A stretch of DNA of 64,000 nucleotides from contig NMRA01000184.1 of assembly GCA_002633005.1 (NCBI GenBank), positions 251,255-315,254 of the forward strand, given 5' to 3'. This document shows, one piece after another, positions 11,761 to 23,610 of the stretch (within the stretch, counting starts at the first letter, position 1; each line of letters begins with the position of its first letter). Below the pieces are notes generated by a model that ran no database searches, was not told the DNA's origin, and saw nothing but the letters and a program-made list of their open reading frames with translations. This DNA is from Phoronis australis. Its lineage: Eukaryota; Animalia; Phoronida. The position numbers and the translations under genes are program-made.

Positions 11761-14700
11761 AACGCGCTTTGTCGGGCAGTGATTCAATCTTGCTGGACAT
11801 AAATTTTTAAGGTAATTTCCTTTTCAGATTGTGCGTGAGGGACTGAATAACCGTATATACGAAAATCTGGGGGTAGTGGTGAAATCAGTGAGGTATATAT
11901 AATTTATCTCATTAGGTGAACAATACATGCTGTGGAATTAAAATCGGCGCAAATGGTCCTCTGATTCCGATGAAAGCTAGATAAACTACATCTCGTGATG
12001 GATTCTACTTCTACCACGGGTTCCTGTACATATCATGGGAATACAATTTCCTACACAGTCTCTATGTAATGAACCCTCTTAAGGTTATGTGCTCCCATAA
12101 TTAAAATGTTTTCTTCTTAAGGATATCTCAAACCTTATTCACAAAGTTGGTCATTTTTGCAATATTTCACATGTGTCTAGCAAAATACCTCATTTCGATT
12201 CTCGGGGAACATAAAATACATAATATATACCGTGTATCGAGAAAAAATATTTAGCAGAACCACCTTGGAACCGTTGTTTACAACTTATCCGAGGCCAAAT
12301 GTTACAGAGGTATCACTCACTAAATTCAAGGCCCGCCAGGTACAGAACAGCTTGCACCCTCAGTCCTTTCATTCACCGAGTCGCCACAATACTCAGTCAA
12401 CGAGGTCTTCTTATGATAGAACGGTGTCGGGAAAACAAAGAAAAAACGTAGTTTTCATTCCGAGGGAGTTGTGCGTGTACGTGCATACGATCGTTGAGAA
12501 CGAATGCTACGAGTCGCATCACGTCTCTGTGGTCATTGGCAGTTCGCTATTTCGATCTCACGCTAACGTCGTGCTTTAACCACCGACTGACTTTTGTAAT
12601 CCATTTCTTACTTGGTTTCGTATCAGTTTCACGGCAAGTGAGGTGTAACAGTTGCCCTCCTAGTGGCTGGGGACGGTACGTATTAATGATAATTAAGTTA
12701 ATTACGCTCTAAAAATACAGTTGATAATGAGTGAATGCTATCATGATTTAGACATGTATAGGTTATATTGAACGAAAACAAGTTTTCACCGATTAATTTT
12801 CATTCGTCCCAGTTTAATCGGCTTTTTCTCGGCGTTAGCAAATGTACTTTATTTGAACTTAGGAACACAAGTTCTAGAAAATGGCTTAGTGGATTTCGCT
12901 GACACTTTCCAAACTTAACATTTAGTCATCAATTTCAAAAACGCTGTAAGGATTTTCAATATAAAGGCCTAATTTTTGTGAAATTTAACAAAGACGAACA
13001 CGACTTTTATTTTTTACAAAAATACTTTACGTTTTGCAACTTGATTTGTCATAGAAACCAAACGAAAAGAATAAATCGAAAATTCCTAACAGAGATTTTG
13101 AGGTAAATGGTGAAGTTTTCGTTTAGAATACGTTTCATTAAAATCGACCGAGGGGTTATTTTGCTATGAATGTACCTTTCTTAAAAATGAAATTTTGACT
13201 TAAAAAGTTGTTTACGTAATCATAATAATGGTACATAAATACACGTTTTTATATTCCCTGATCTTTTTTCTTGTAGTAACTAGTAACTGTAGACTGTGAA
13301 CCTATAAAAGTATATCTTTTCTGGAATAAACTATTGAGACAGATAGTTTTAAGCCACTTATAACGCTGTACCATTCTCGTGCCGTTTTTTTTTTAAAGTT
13401 AGGGAAATAGTCCTTTCACCATCATTCCCCAAACTTTCTGTATTGAAGTATTGATACAAATGCTGAAAAAGAAGCACGGTGTATGGGATTTTTCATAACT
13501 ACCACCAATGTTTTCTAATCGCAAAAATGCATTCATTGTTTAGCACTGTTCTAAAAATGATACGACTTATAATTTTTAACTAAAAACGAAGGCTCTAGTA
13601 ACAGTCTGAGACACGTTCTTCCCATTAAGACACTGTGCTGTCAGAAAAAAACTCAAACACCAATGAAATCGACGTACTCCTTCTCGTGATATCGCGGATC
13701 AACTTTGGGGTCATAGTCAAAGACCAATCGCCAAAAAACGGAACACTCATCGCTACTGAGCCTGATCTGAGGTAGTAACGAACGAACTATCAGTTCCTTC
13801 CAAGCCCTGAAATCGTCTACAAATTGATAATGAAACAATTTGGGACCAATGTCATAACGGAGAGTGGTCTAAACCAGTTTATGCTTTGTTAACATATAAT
13901 TAAAATTTCAAAAATAGGCCGCTCACTAAAAATTTGAGCTCAAATTGCACCCGGTGCTTGTGATGACTGAAGTAAGCAATTTAACTGGAATTCACGGGCC
14001 ATCATTTTATGAGAATGGACTGGTTCAGTCACCGAACACAAGGCGGAACGGGATGTGCATGTTATGGCATGCTGGTGCTCGTTCCACTTGGCATGGAATT
14101 CGTTCGTCTGCCCTCCCACAAACGTCACGAGCTTTAATAAACTTACTCGTGACTCGTGTACGTCCTGGCCTTTACCACCAAACTCGCTCACAAAGAGACC
14201 TCATGGATATTTCAAATTTAAGTCCAACAATAGGTCATCGTTATTTTTGATGAAAAAATTCGTACACGCATTGGGATAGGACATCAAATAGAAACCATAG
14301 AATAGGCGTAGGCTCAGACATCATCAGTTCACGTAGACAGGTCGCAATAAAGCATCCTTGTAGCGTGCAAATTTACTTGTCATTGCGTGGGCGAGAAAAT
14401 GATAAAAATCACCCATTGCTCAACCAATGGGACGGATTCAAGTTGAATCTAGTTTTGACATTCATCTTTTTTATTGTAACGTGACTTCCACGAGCAATAA
14501 GACTTGCATAACGGGAAGTTGATTTGACAAAAAACCCGACCAGTCATAACCTGATTCATGAGTGAAATAGGAAGAAAGATACAAAAAGTGTATAATGATT
14601 ATGGGATATCATTCTGAACAGCATGCCTACGTTTTATTGGTTTCTTGGAAGTCTGGTTGCGATGGCATTCAGATCAGCTATTGTACAAATTACGGTAGCT

Positions 14701-15269
14701 GGTATATTTAAAGGCGGCTAGCCTTCTCACCACAAGCCACATTGCTGTGAGGATATCGACAGTTGTTCAAGCGTAACTGCAGGTAAGGCATAAAAATCGC
14801 TGCATCGAGAAAATATTTTTTCCATTTTGACGATATAAGATATTTTTACAATGAAACTATGTGAATGAATTACTAACATTTCGTATATACTGCCAGTGTA
14901 TATTCGATATTTAATAGAATTTCCTAAGTTGTTATAAGCGGGTGGTTCTACCGCAAAGAAATTCATGGACTGCGGCCAGAAAAATATACTTACAGTAAAT
15001 TACCCATGTGCCTGTAGCCGTAGCAGCATGTTTTTCAAAGACAAATTTTGGCTCAATTGTTTATCATATAGACGTAAGTACCCTCTTTCACAGTGCTCCT
15101 CGTAGCCTGGTAAGCCGCAGTGCAGGCGGCTATCTGTGTTCTTTCACATCTATGTGTGCCGTTCGTCCAGATTGATCCTTGCAATTCTTCTATAAATGCA
15201 TCACGTCAACATTGTCCATTTTGTGACGGAAAGTTTTACTTTTTGAAAAATATGAGCACAGCACAGAAA

Positions 15270-15450
15270 TAGCTTTCGCATTATATCCAGGTCTTCGATC
15301 ATTCCCCTGCACACATTTACTAATGTGACCGAGCTCAGAGGAGTAGGATACACTTTCGTGCAGTGCTCGATTGTCTGCCAGTGATGCCAGGATTGGAACC
15401 CGGGTCTTCCAAACGAGAATCCGGAGCACAAACCACTGAGCCACAACGTC
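15270..15450 (-). mobile_element. tRNA-derived SINE
   Basis: Minus strand shows A box TGGCTCAGTGG and B box GGTTCCAATCC at tRNA spacing, followed by a non-tRNA body; no intact cloverleaf. Confidence 0.6.
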
Positions 15451-15646
15451 TCCATAAAATTTTACTCACAGCTACATTAAAAAGACCAACGCGAAGTTAT
15501 GCGTCCATAGTGCACCGCAAACGGTTTGTTTCTAGGGATATTTTTATCAGTTCGTGAGACAACAATTTAACAGCAAGGGTCGATAACAGTTGGTTCCCTA
15601 GATATCATTCGGAAACGCTCTTACTTCCAAAAGTATCGACAATGTT

Positions 15647-16673
15647 CATAGGCGGATTTATGCCCCCCCCCCCCTTGGCTGCCGCAAAAAATAAAACAGC
15701 AAGAGCGTAGGGAAATGTTGAGTTTATTAATTAACCCCGGTAATTAACATTATACGGCGGAAACAAGATTTAAATGTGTGCAGTTTTAGTGTGTTTGGGG
15801 GGGGGGCTCAGATCCAATTTCAAGTGTCAAATTCGGAACACGGCTCAATCGTAACGAAACTATGGCTAAGTATAGGTCTCCCGCGATATCCCAGGCGACC
15901 GGCAGTGGCGCTGCGCACTACGACTCCGTTTCCGTCGTCTGCTCCACTGTGCAATGAAGAAAATTACTTCATTTTTTAAAATAAAATGGAATCTGAGTGA
16001 CGATGAAAAAACAGAAGCTGTTGGTAAGATGTGAATTTTAATCGAAGCCTTTGTGAATCACTCAGAAACTGATAATTCTCTCTTTGTCAAACCTTAACTT
16101 AAGACGATTTCCAAAGCAATCCTGTCATTATTGCCAACACGAAAAACGGATTTGGTCTTTAGGGCAATTGAAGACTATTTTAAATTCAACAAATTTGTTA
16201 CGAACTGATTGCACAAAATATAAAAAGTGTAATAAGCATTACAAAAAGAAGTAGGTTTCGCGCGCAAACGCTGTGGACCATAAACAAGTAGGTCTCTTAT
16301 TATCAAATTATGAGTAAAATCGTGGTGGTGCAGTGGTAGGCTAAAGCACGCGCGCCCAGGTCGTGAAATCGAGTCTTTGATAATTGCAGTTTTTCATGTT
16401 TGACACGTTCTTTTTTTTCTTGTTTTTCTTTTTTTCCTTTTTTTCTTTTTTTTTCTTTTTCTTCGCCTTTTTTCTTGGATAATACTTCAGAAATCAAGGA
16501 AATTGCTTGATTTATAGAGGAAAAAACAGAAAAATTTTCCTGGGCGTCAGGGGGCAAACCCCCCTCCCGACCTCCCCCCATTCGGTGCTCTGCGCATCTA
16601 ATAGTGCTTTGCACAAATGTTTTCGGACAAAATGTTGCCCCCCCCCCCTTGTGATATCCTAGATCCTCCAGTG
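15647..16673. mobile_element. Non-autonomous TIR element with poly-C/poly-G tracts (hAT-like)
   Basis: CATAGGCGGATTTA ... TAGATCCTCCAGTG imperfect TIR; atgtt duplicated at both flanks. Confidence 0.5.
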
Positions 16674-17839
16674 ATGTTCCTAGTGGAGACCAAAATGGCG
16701 ATTAGGGGATGCTGTAGTGGTAATCCACTGGTACCCCTGCGTTCGTCTTCGCATACCTCTGTGTCTAGCTTATGATTGAAATTCGTCCTTCGGTTCTCTA
16801 CATTTCATTCGGAAACGATCTTTCTCCCAAAAGTACGGCTGAAAAAACTCTGTCGAGACCAAAGCAGCCACTATAACGGAACTACAGTAACTGAACACGC
16901 CCGCAAAAACCGTGTGTATCCAGTTTCATTGAAAATCGCTCTTCGGTTCTCTATAGATATCACCCGGTAACTTTCTCCCCAGGCACTGAAAAGTCCCACT
17001 CCTCTGGCCGGGGTTCGGCACAAGTTACACATGTCAAATTTCAAGATCCGACCAGCGGTCTCTGTGATATCGAATGGACACCCAGAAAATAGGACCATGT
17101 GTCTCCCGTCCAAATGGCACTTGCACTTTTTCGCTATAGTGTATGTATAATACTTATTGGGGGCCAAAAGTCCGCGGCAAAATTGTTACTATCGAACACT
17201 CAATTAAAAAAATGACTCAATCTGATGGTGCTGCAAATCCGATGCTATTTCGTGAATCCGACGTCAACTCACCAACTTCATTTTTATCAATTTTATCCTT
17301 TATCGCAAACACATTGCTACTTCGTAAATTCGATTGTGTTTTATAAAGTGATGTCTACGGTTTAGCCATTCGAGGCTTGGTTTGTAGAAATTGGCCTCTG
17401 CGTAGTGATTGGCCCCTGCCTTGACGCCATTAAACGAAGCCATGCAGGCAGATTTTAAATATTTTCACAGTCGTTATGCTGCCATTCATGAAGCAGAAGG
17501 CATTGTTTTGGTTATCGTTCGAAATAAAGGTTGTTGCATACTTATTTTCAATTCTTTTTTATCACAGTATCATAGAAATTAATCTATTTTCGAATCAAAG
17601 TACATCGTTTTTGCAATAATTTAGACCTGAATTGCTGCAATATACCGTTTTTGTTTTTGTATGAAACTGCAGAAAATTCCAAAATTATATTACTCGAGAT
17701 ATTTCGGCGACTTACGTCATCTTGAGGTTTGGGGACGAGAATGAGGCCACAGTGGATAACTGCGTACCCCCAAAAATGGGGAAAATGTAAAAATGGGGTG
17801 GGTCGGGTTTGACGGCTGCGAAAGGTAGCACTGTAGAAT

Positions 17840-19500
17840 GATGTTTCCTATGGCTTCTTATTGGTTAAAGTAATGAAACCGACGTCACCACATTCAGTCA
17901 TTCCCATTGGTTGAAATCTGGGAAACCACTTCTAGTTTACGGTTACGTACCACCTTTAACTTGAATAGCTACAATTTATTAAAACGGGCAGTGATCGAAG
18001 TAAATGAAATCTAGGGAACTCCGACCCCGTGGCTAAGTCCAAACAAGTACCGCAGTGCATAGAAGGTGTGTACAAGTATAGTGGTGATGTAATGTATAGG
18101 TTAAACTTCCTATTAAGCATGCGCATTGTCCAGCACACGGAATTCCCTTGAGTCGTTCATCATGTTTCCACAGATTCACTTTTCAGTATGGGTGGCGCTG
18201 GGTATTTTGAGAGTCCATCCTACACTTTTTACACTCTGACACAGTGCCATCTATATTGAAAAGTGGCCAATGAGCTATTATCTTAGAAATTGGCCCTGTG
18301 AAAAGGTGATGAGCGACACAGGGAATTCAGTGTGTGCGGGGATCAATGCGGATGCTTGGTCAAAAATTTTTCGATCACATCGCCATCACTTGCGCACGCC
18401 TTTATGTACAGTATTTGTTTGGGCTTAACTTGATCGGGCTTCCCTTGGTTTTGTTCACTTCGATAATTCCCCGTTTTAATAAAATGCAACTATTGAAGTC
18501 AAAGGTGTTACATTCTTTCTCGTGCTACGAAATGTACTCGCTAGTTCCCTGCGTATAGAGATCACATGCACGCAGTTACCAGGCAGTAGCACGCGCTTTA
18601 TCAACGAATGATGTAACCTCAGCAGTCATTGGTTACAAAAAAGTGAGCCTTGTCATGGAAGTGTTGTAGCACCAAACTATTTCGTTTCTGCAGTGATGTT
18701 TAATAGCCTCGTGCTTGAAGAACATGTACATGTACAGTAAACACACATCTCGCCGATTTAACGTGTGTGTTATTCATACTGTATGAATACAGCGACGTAA
18801 ACAAAAGTCAGCGACAGTAGAAAGATTCACTCCGAAAACTGAGGCACAATCACAATTCAGACCTGGGATCCACATTTTTAACATGCGATAATCTGTACAA
18901 CAGACACATTTACACTTCCTCCATCAGTCATGCCAGTTTGTTTGCGTAAAGCCCTAACTGTTGAGAATTCGACTAGCCAATCAGAAACTCCGGTATAAAA
19001 AAAAATTCCCGAGGAAAATTAAATGATATTTGTGTGCTGGCTACCACCTAGCGGCATGCAAGGAACCAGCGAGAGAAATGTAGTGAAATGTCATTTAACA
19101 TGGCTTCTCATTGGTCAAATTAATGAAACCGACGTCATTACATTCAGTCATTCCCATTGGTTGAAAGTTGGGAAACCCCTTTCAATTTACAGTTATCAAG
19201 TATGACGAACACCTTTGACTTCAGTAGTTGCATTTTATTAAAACAGGCAGTGATCGAATTCGTAAACAAAACCAAGGAAACTCCGATAAAGTGGCTTAAA
19301 TGAACCCAAACAAATACAGTGCATAAAGGCGTGTGCAAGTGCATGGTGGCGATGTGATTAGTAAACGTCCGACTAAGGAAAGCGCATTGATGCCCAAACA
19401 CCATAGACTATAACGAGTATCTGTGCACAGACGGAAATCCGTGTGTCGTTCATCGTGTTTCCACAGGGCCAGTTTTCAGTATAGGTGGCGCTGTGTCAGA
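17840..19500. repeat. Nested inverted/direct repeat cluster with MITE 18537-19072
   Basis: ~350-bp unit at 17850-18200, inverted at ~18290-18510, direct again at 19100-19495; central MITE has TIRs ctcgctagttccctgc/gcaaggaaccagcgag. Confidence 0.65.
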
Positions 19501-19999
19501 GGGTAAGCACTATTGAGCCTTGAATTCTTGGCGCAAATCCAGGTACCCTTCAGACAAGTGGAAATTGTCAAGAATCTGGTTGGTAATGACATATTTTAAC
19601 CGGATCTTTTTGGAATCTAGGGTGAAAGAGTATTCGGATGAAGGTCTCCTTTTTTGCACCGGGGCAGTTATGAATTTGTGGTTTTAAGTAAAAAAGTGGC
19701 CAAAATCGCACTTTTTTGGTAATTTTTGGCATCTCGATTTTTTCACCGTGGATGTAGCAAGCTAAAAATACATGGCTTTGTTGAGGTTCTCCATTTCTGA
19801 GAAACCCCATGGAGTGTACTTTCTGCCAGTTATGTCTTTTTCAGGTGTCAGCGACAGCCGTGCAAAAAGGGCTTTGATTAACACAGGCCAGTGATAATTT
19901 ATTCAACTCAATTTAAAATATAAATCAAACTTGTTTGACAATTCATCTAAAATTCAACTCAAACTCAATGAATTCAATCCTGTTTGGAAGATTCATTAC

Positions 20000-22295
20000 C
20001 TTGTGGACCTGATCAAAACCTTTGACAAGGTCTGGAAGGAAGACTTGCTCTTAAAGCTCCTCCAAAAACAAGAATGTGGGAAAAAGTATGCGTGGATTAA
20101 GTTAACTCTTCCAAAGATCTGCGCGAGTAAAGCTGGAAGGACAGTCAGGCGCTTTGGTGAGCATTAGGGAAGGAGTGCCCGAGGGTAGCATAATTGTGCC
20201 TACACTCTTTGTTGTCTTCATTGATGGCTTTTCTGATCACCTGTCCATGCACATCTCAAGACTCTCCATGCAGATGAGCTGGCTGTATGGACAAAAGATG
20301 AATACATCATCACAGCAGCGTACAGAATGCAGGAAGCCATGGACATCATCCTAAGCTGGGCAAAAGAATGGATCAACAGAGGCCACGTCCTTTTCCCTCT
20401 CTCCCAAAAAAGAAGAGTTCTCTCTGCAGCTAAAAGGCCATAACATTCCCCACCAAGAAAACCCCAAACTACCTCGGGGCTAAACTGGACAAGAGGCTTA
20501 GTTGGTCCCCGCACATTGCTGCCATGCGCAGCAAAGCTACTAAGAAAATTGCTGTGATGAAGAAACTTGACGGTACCAGTTGGGGTGCTAACATGCAGAT
20601 ATTGACCCAGTTTTACACAGGATCTGTGAGACCCCAGATGGAGTACGCCTCTAACGCATGATCTGCAGCTACCAAAACCAACACAGGCAACTAAGCCAGA
20701 GGCCAGAATACTGATCTGCGCTTAATCACAGGAGGCATGACCACCATCCCCATCACTGAAACGGGAAGACGACGGCGTAAGCTCATTGGAAGAAAGGCGG
20801 GATCAGAAACTCCAGAGACAGGGTAAAATGATGAAGCGGCTTCCATCATATCCACTGCACTCCAAACTCTAAGCCCCGACCAAAAACCGCATCAAGAGGC
20901 AGAGCCCAAACCACCTCACCAAGGCATTCCAGCAGAAACACAACATCTGCTATCTTCAATCAACCAACCACTAGAAATGCTCCAAAACTTTGAAGAATGG
21001 CCGCTGGACGTTCCTCCTTTCATCCTCGACATCCCTAGGATTGGACAAAAGCACACACAACTGGAGGTAGTCCTGAAAGCCCTCACCCTAGAAACCATGA
21101 CAAGAATCCTACGTTGACACCCAAACCGGTCGAGATTGGGCAACTCGACCGGTTTGCCTACCTCAGGAATTGTCGGTTCGGATCAAAGACCTCATGCTGT
21201 TGTGGTTAGTTAAATTGCCTCAAGCTGCTGAAGCTATCGTTCTTTGATGATCAGACCCACCACAAACACGATTTTTTTATTTTCGATTTGATTTTTTTAA
21301 ATAGCACATTTGAATCGATCATGAAAAGTTGACGTTGTCTGGTTTATGAAGTTTTAAAATTGGACAAGAAATGTTACTTTTAGCATGTGAATTTCTATCG
21401 AGCTCGCGCGTATTCCAGCCATTATTCTGTGCCTCATTAAGTCTGTGCTGTGTGCAACCAGCAGGGAGCCTTGGATTTTGAGGTAGGCCAAGTGTTCATC
21501 GTGCAATTCTTGACATGACCTTGGACAGAGACTACCCCACCACCACCTAAATCCAAGTCTATACAGATGCTGAAAACTGGCGTCAGAAATGAGGGAGGTC
21601 GTGTATTAATCATTCATCAGCAGGTCCATTGCCACAGGCCTTAACTCCACCACTACACAGCTGTCCTGCACCTCACAGCTCAGACAGCAAACAAGGCTCC
21701 CTGATCAGATAGTTTTCCTCGCGAACTCTCGATCGCTCCTGCAGAGCCGCCAGACGAGAGAAAGAGACCAGATCCTGCAATACATCAACCAGGAGATGCA
21801 AATTCTCAGTAGAAAATCACTGATTCATTCCCACTGCGGCATCAGCGGCAACGAGGAGGAAGCAGACAGACTCTCTAAGGTAGGAAGTAAAGTGAAGCAG
21901 ACGACGCACCCATCATCGTATGGAGAAGTATAAAAACCCTCATACGAAGCCACTTTAGAAATGCCTGAAGGGATCGCCTACCTGAAGAAGACTATATCTA
22001 CCAGCTTGATCGGCAAGAACAAGTCACCATATTCAGGCTAAGAACTGGCCAGCCAGCTCCTCTCCCACAAGCATCGCCTGAATGATCTCTTTCCCCTTTT
22101 GGTGCTGGCTCCCCAGGCACCTGAGCATTAACTGCAGAGATGCCCTACGTTCGCTACCACAAAGCGTTAGACATGGCCCAGTCCAGTAAAACTGTGGGGC
22201 CCGACAGCGTCATTGCAGCGAACCGCAGATTTTGCCCACAAACCAGACTACGTGGCTGAAGAATAAGAAGAAGAAGAAGAAGAGGAAGAAGAAGA
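20000..22295 (+). mobile_element. 5'-truncated non-LTR retrotransposon with RT and RNase H (I/Nimb-like), degraded
   Basis: VDLIKTFDKVW, GVPEGSIIVPTLF, HADEL (YADD site), QVYTD and IHSHCGISGNE (RNase H); (GAA)n tail ~22258-22295; TSD-like aagattcattac (19988) / aagtttcattgc (22296). Confidence 0.85.
21096..21517. mobile_element. 422-bp non-autonomous DNA transposon with 2-bp TSD inserted in the LINE
   Basis: TIR CATGACAAGAAT..ACG / CGT..ATTCTTGACATG; AC duplicated; removing it restores LINE codons CTA GAA ACC TTG GAC. Confidence 0.7.
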
Positions 22296-22439
22296 AAGTT
22301 TCATTGCTTTTATGAAGTCAGATGCTGTTTTAAAAGTTCATGTAACACTCATTAATTCAACCCCATTATGGATATTCAGTGCAACACTCACAGCACGACG
22401 ACGCCCTTGGAAGATTTTAGCTAGTTCACTAAACAGCCA

Positions 22440-22790
22440 ACAGGATTGACCAAAACGATTGTCGAAACTGAATCGATGAAGCACGATTGAGTTGACAAAA
22501 CAAGATTGAGTTGACGACACGCTTAAGTTGACGAAATGGAATAGTTTGCATTGTTGCTGACAGGATTGTGGAATCTGAATCGACGAAACAAGATTAAGTT
22601 GACGAAACTGAGTTGACTGAACTGGTACTCAGTATTTAAAAAACGCAATTGAATTTACGAAGTTCCATTGTGTTTTGGATGAAATTGATAAAATGAAGTT
22701 GAGTTGACATTGTATTCACGAAATGGCATGAAATAGACAAAATGAAGCAGTTGAGTCAACGTCGGATTCACAAAATAGCATTGGATTTGC
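22440..22790. repeat. Degenerate GAGTTGACGAAA minisatellite, right arm of a foldback-like element
   Basis: Recurring gagttgacgaaa; the complementary ttcaactca motif recurs at 19900-19975 on the other side of the LINE. Confidence 0.55.
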
Positions 22791-23610
22791 AGCACCATAA
22801 GATATCGAGCATATTTTCTTGAATTGAGTGCCTAATAGTAGCAATTCTTGCCCTTTAACCCTCCCCCCATAAATACTCCTTCGTGGGCGTATATTAAGAA
22901 TTGCTAATTGGCTTTTGCACAGATGCTTTGCTTATAGGCGCATGCGCGCAATTCTGGATACCGCCGCCGTTTTACATCAAGACGTTATGAACCTTTACTG
23001 TGTATATGCGAGCATTCATAAACAAGTCGATGCTGTTTGTTGAAACTGAAGGAACACCTCATTTTGGAAGATGCTTCAAATAAAGTGGCGTTTAATACAA
23101 TTTGTTTTATGAACTATCAGACCAAACTTCATTGTGTTCATGTTTTTTCTGAAAATAATTAAGGGGTGGAGGAGAGGGAGGGAAAAGGGGATAGGAGAGG
23201 GAGTGGNGGGGGCGGAGGAAGAGAGACAAGGACAGAACGTGGCAGGCTGTGAGGGAGTCTTAGGAGGAAGATGGTGCGTTCATTAATAATTCACTAACAG
23301 AAACGTATAATATTATTCAAAATTTAAACATTGAAAATTATTCTGCAGCAGAAGCATTTTATTAGTGTAAAGTTTAAAGTGGTCTTAAAACATCGTTTTC
23401 CACTCTTTCTGTTCTCGCTTGCTCGTTTTCTTATCACAGCGGTATCATTTTTTTTGCGCTATTACATTTTGGTCAGATTGCAAATCAAATGATTGGAGTG
23501 GCGCGCATATTTTACTGTGGGTCGCGTGAGGACAACCAACTGGATCTAATTTACACCTGATAACAATATCTTGTGTTCTGTTCTTTCTCAGGAATTTACA
23601 CTGCTGCGAC

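Noticed and set aside
15385-15450. tRNA gene
   Set aside because: A and B boxes are present but the stems do not close and a SINE-like body follows.
22440-22790. CRISPR-like reading of short recurring repeats
   Set aside because: Repeats are degenerate, spacing is irregular, there are no cas genes and the context is eukaryotic.
23161-23275. Purine-rich G tract upstream of the TLR (possible G-quadruplex)
   Set aside because: Low-complexity sequence containing an N at a likely assembly join; no evidence of function.
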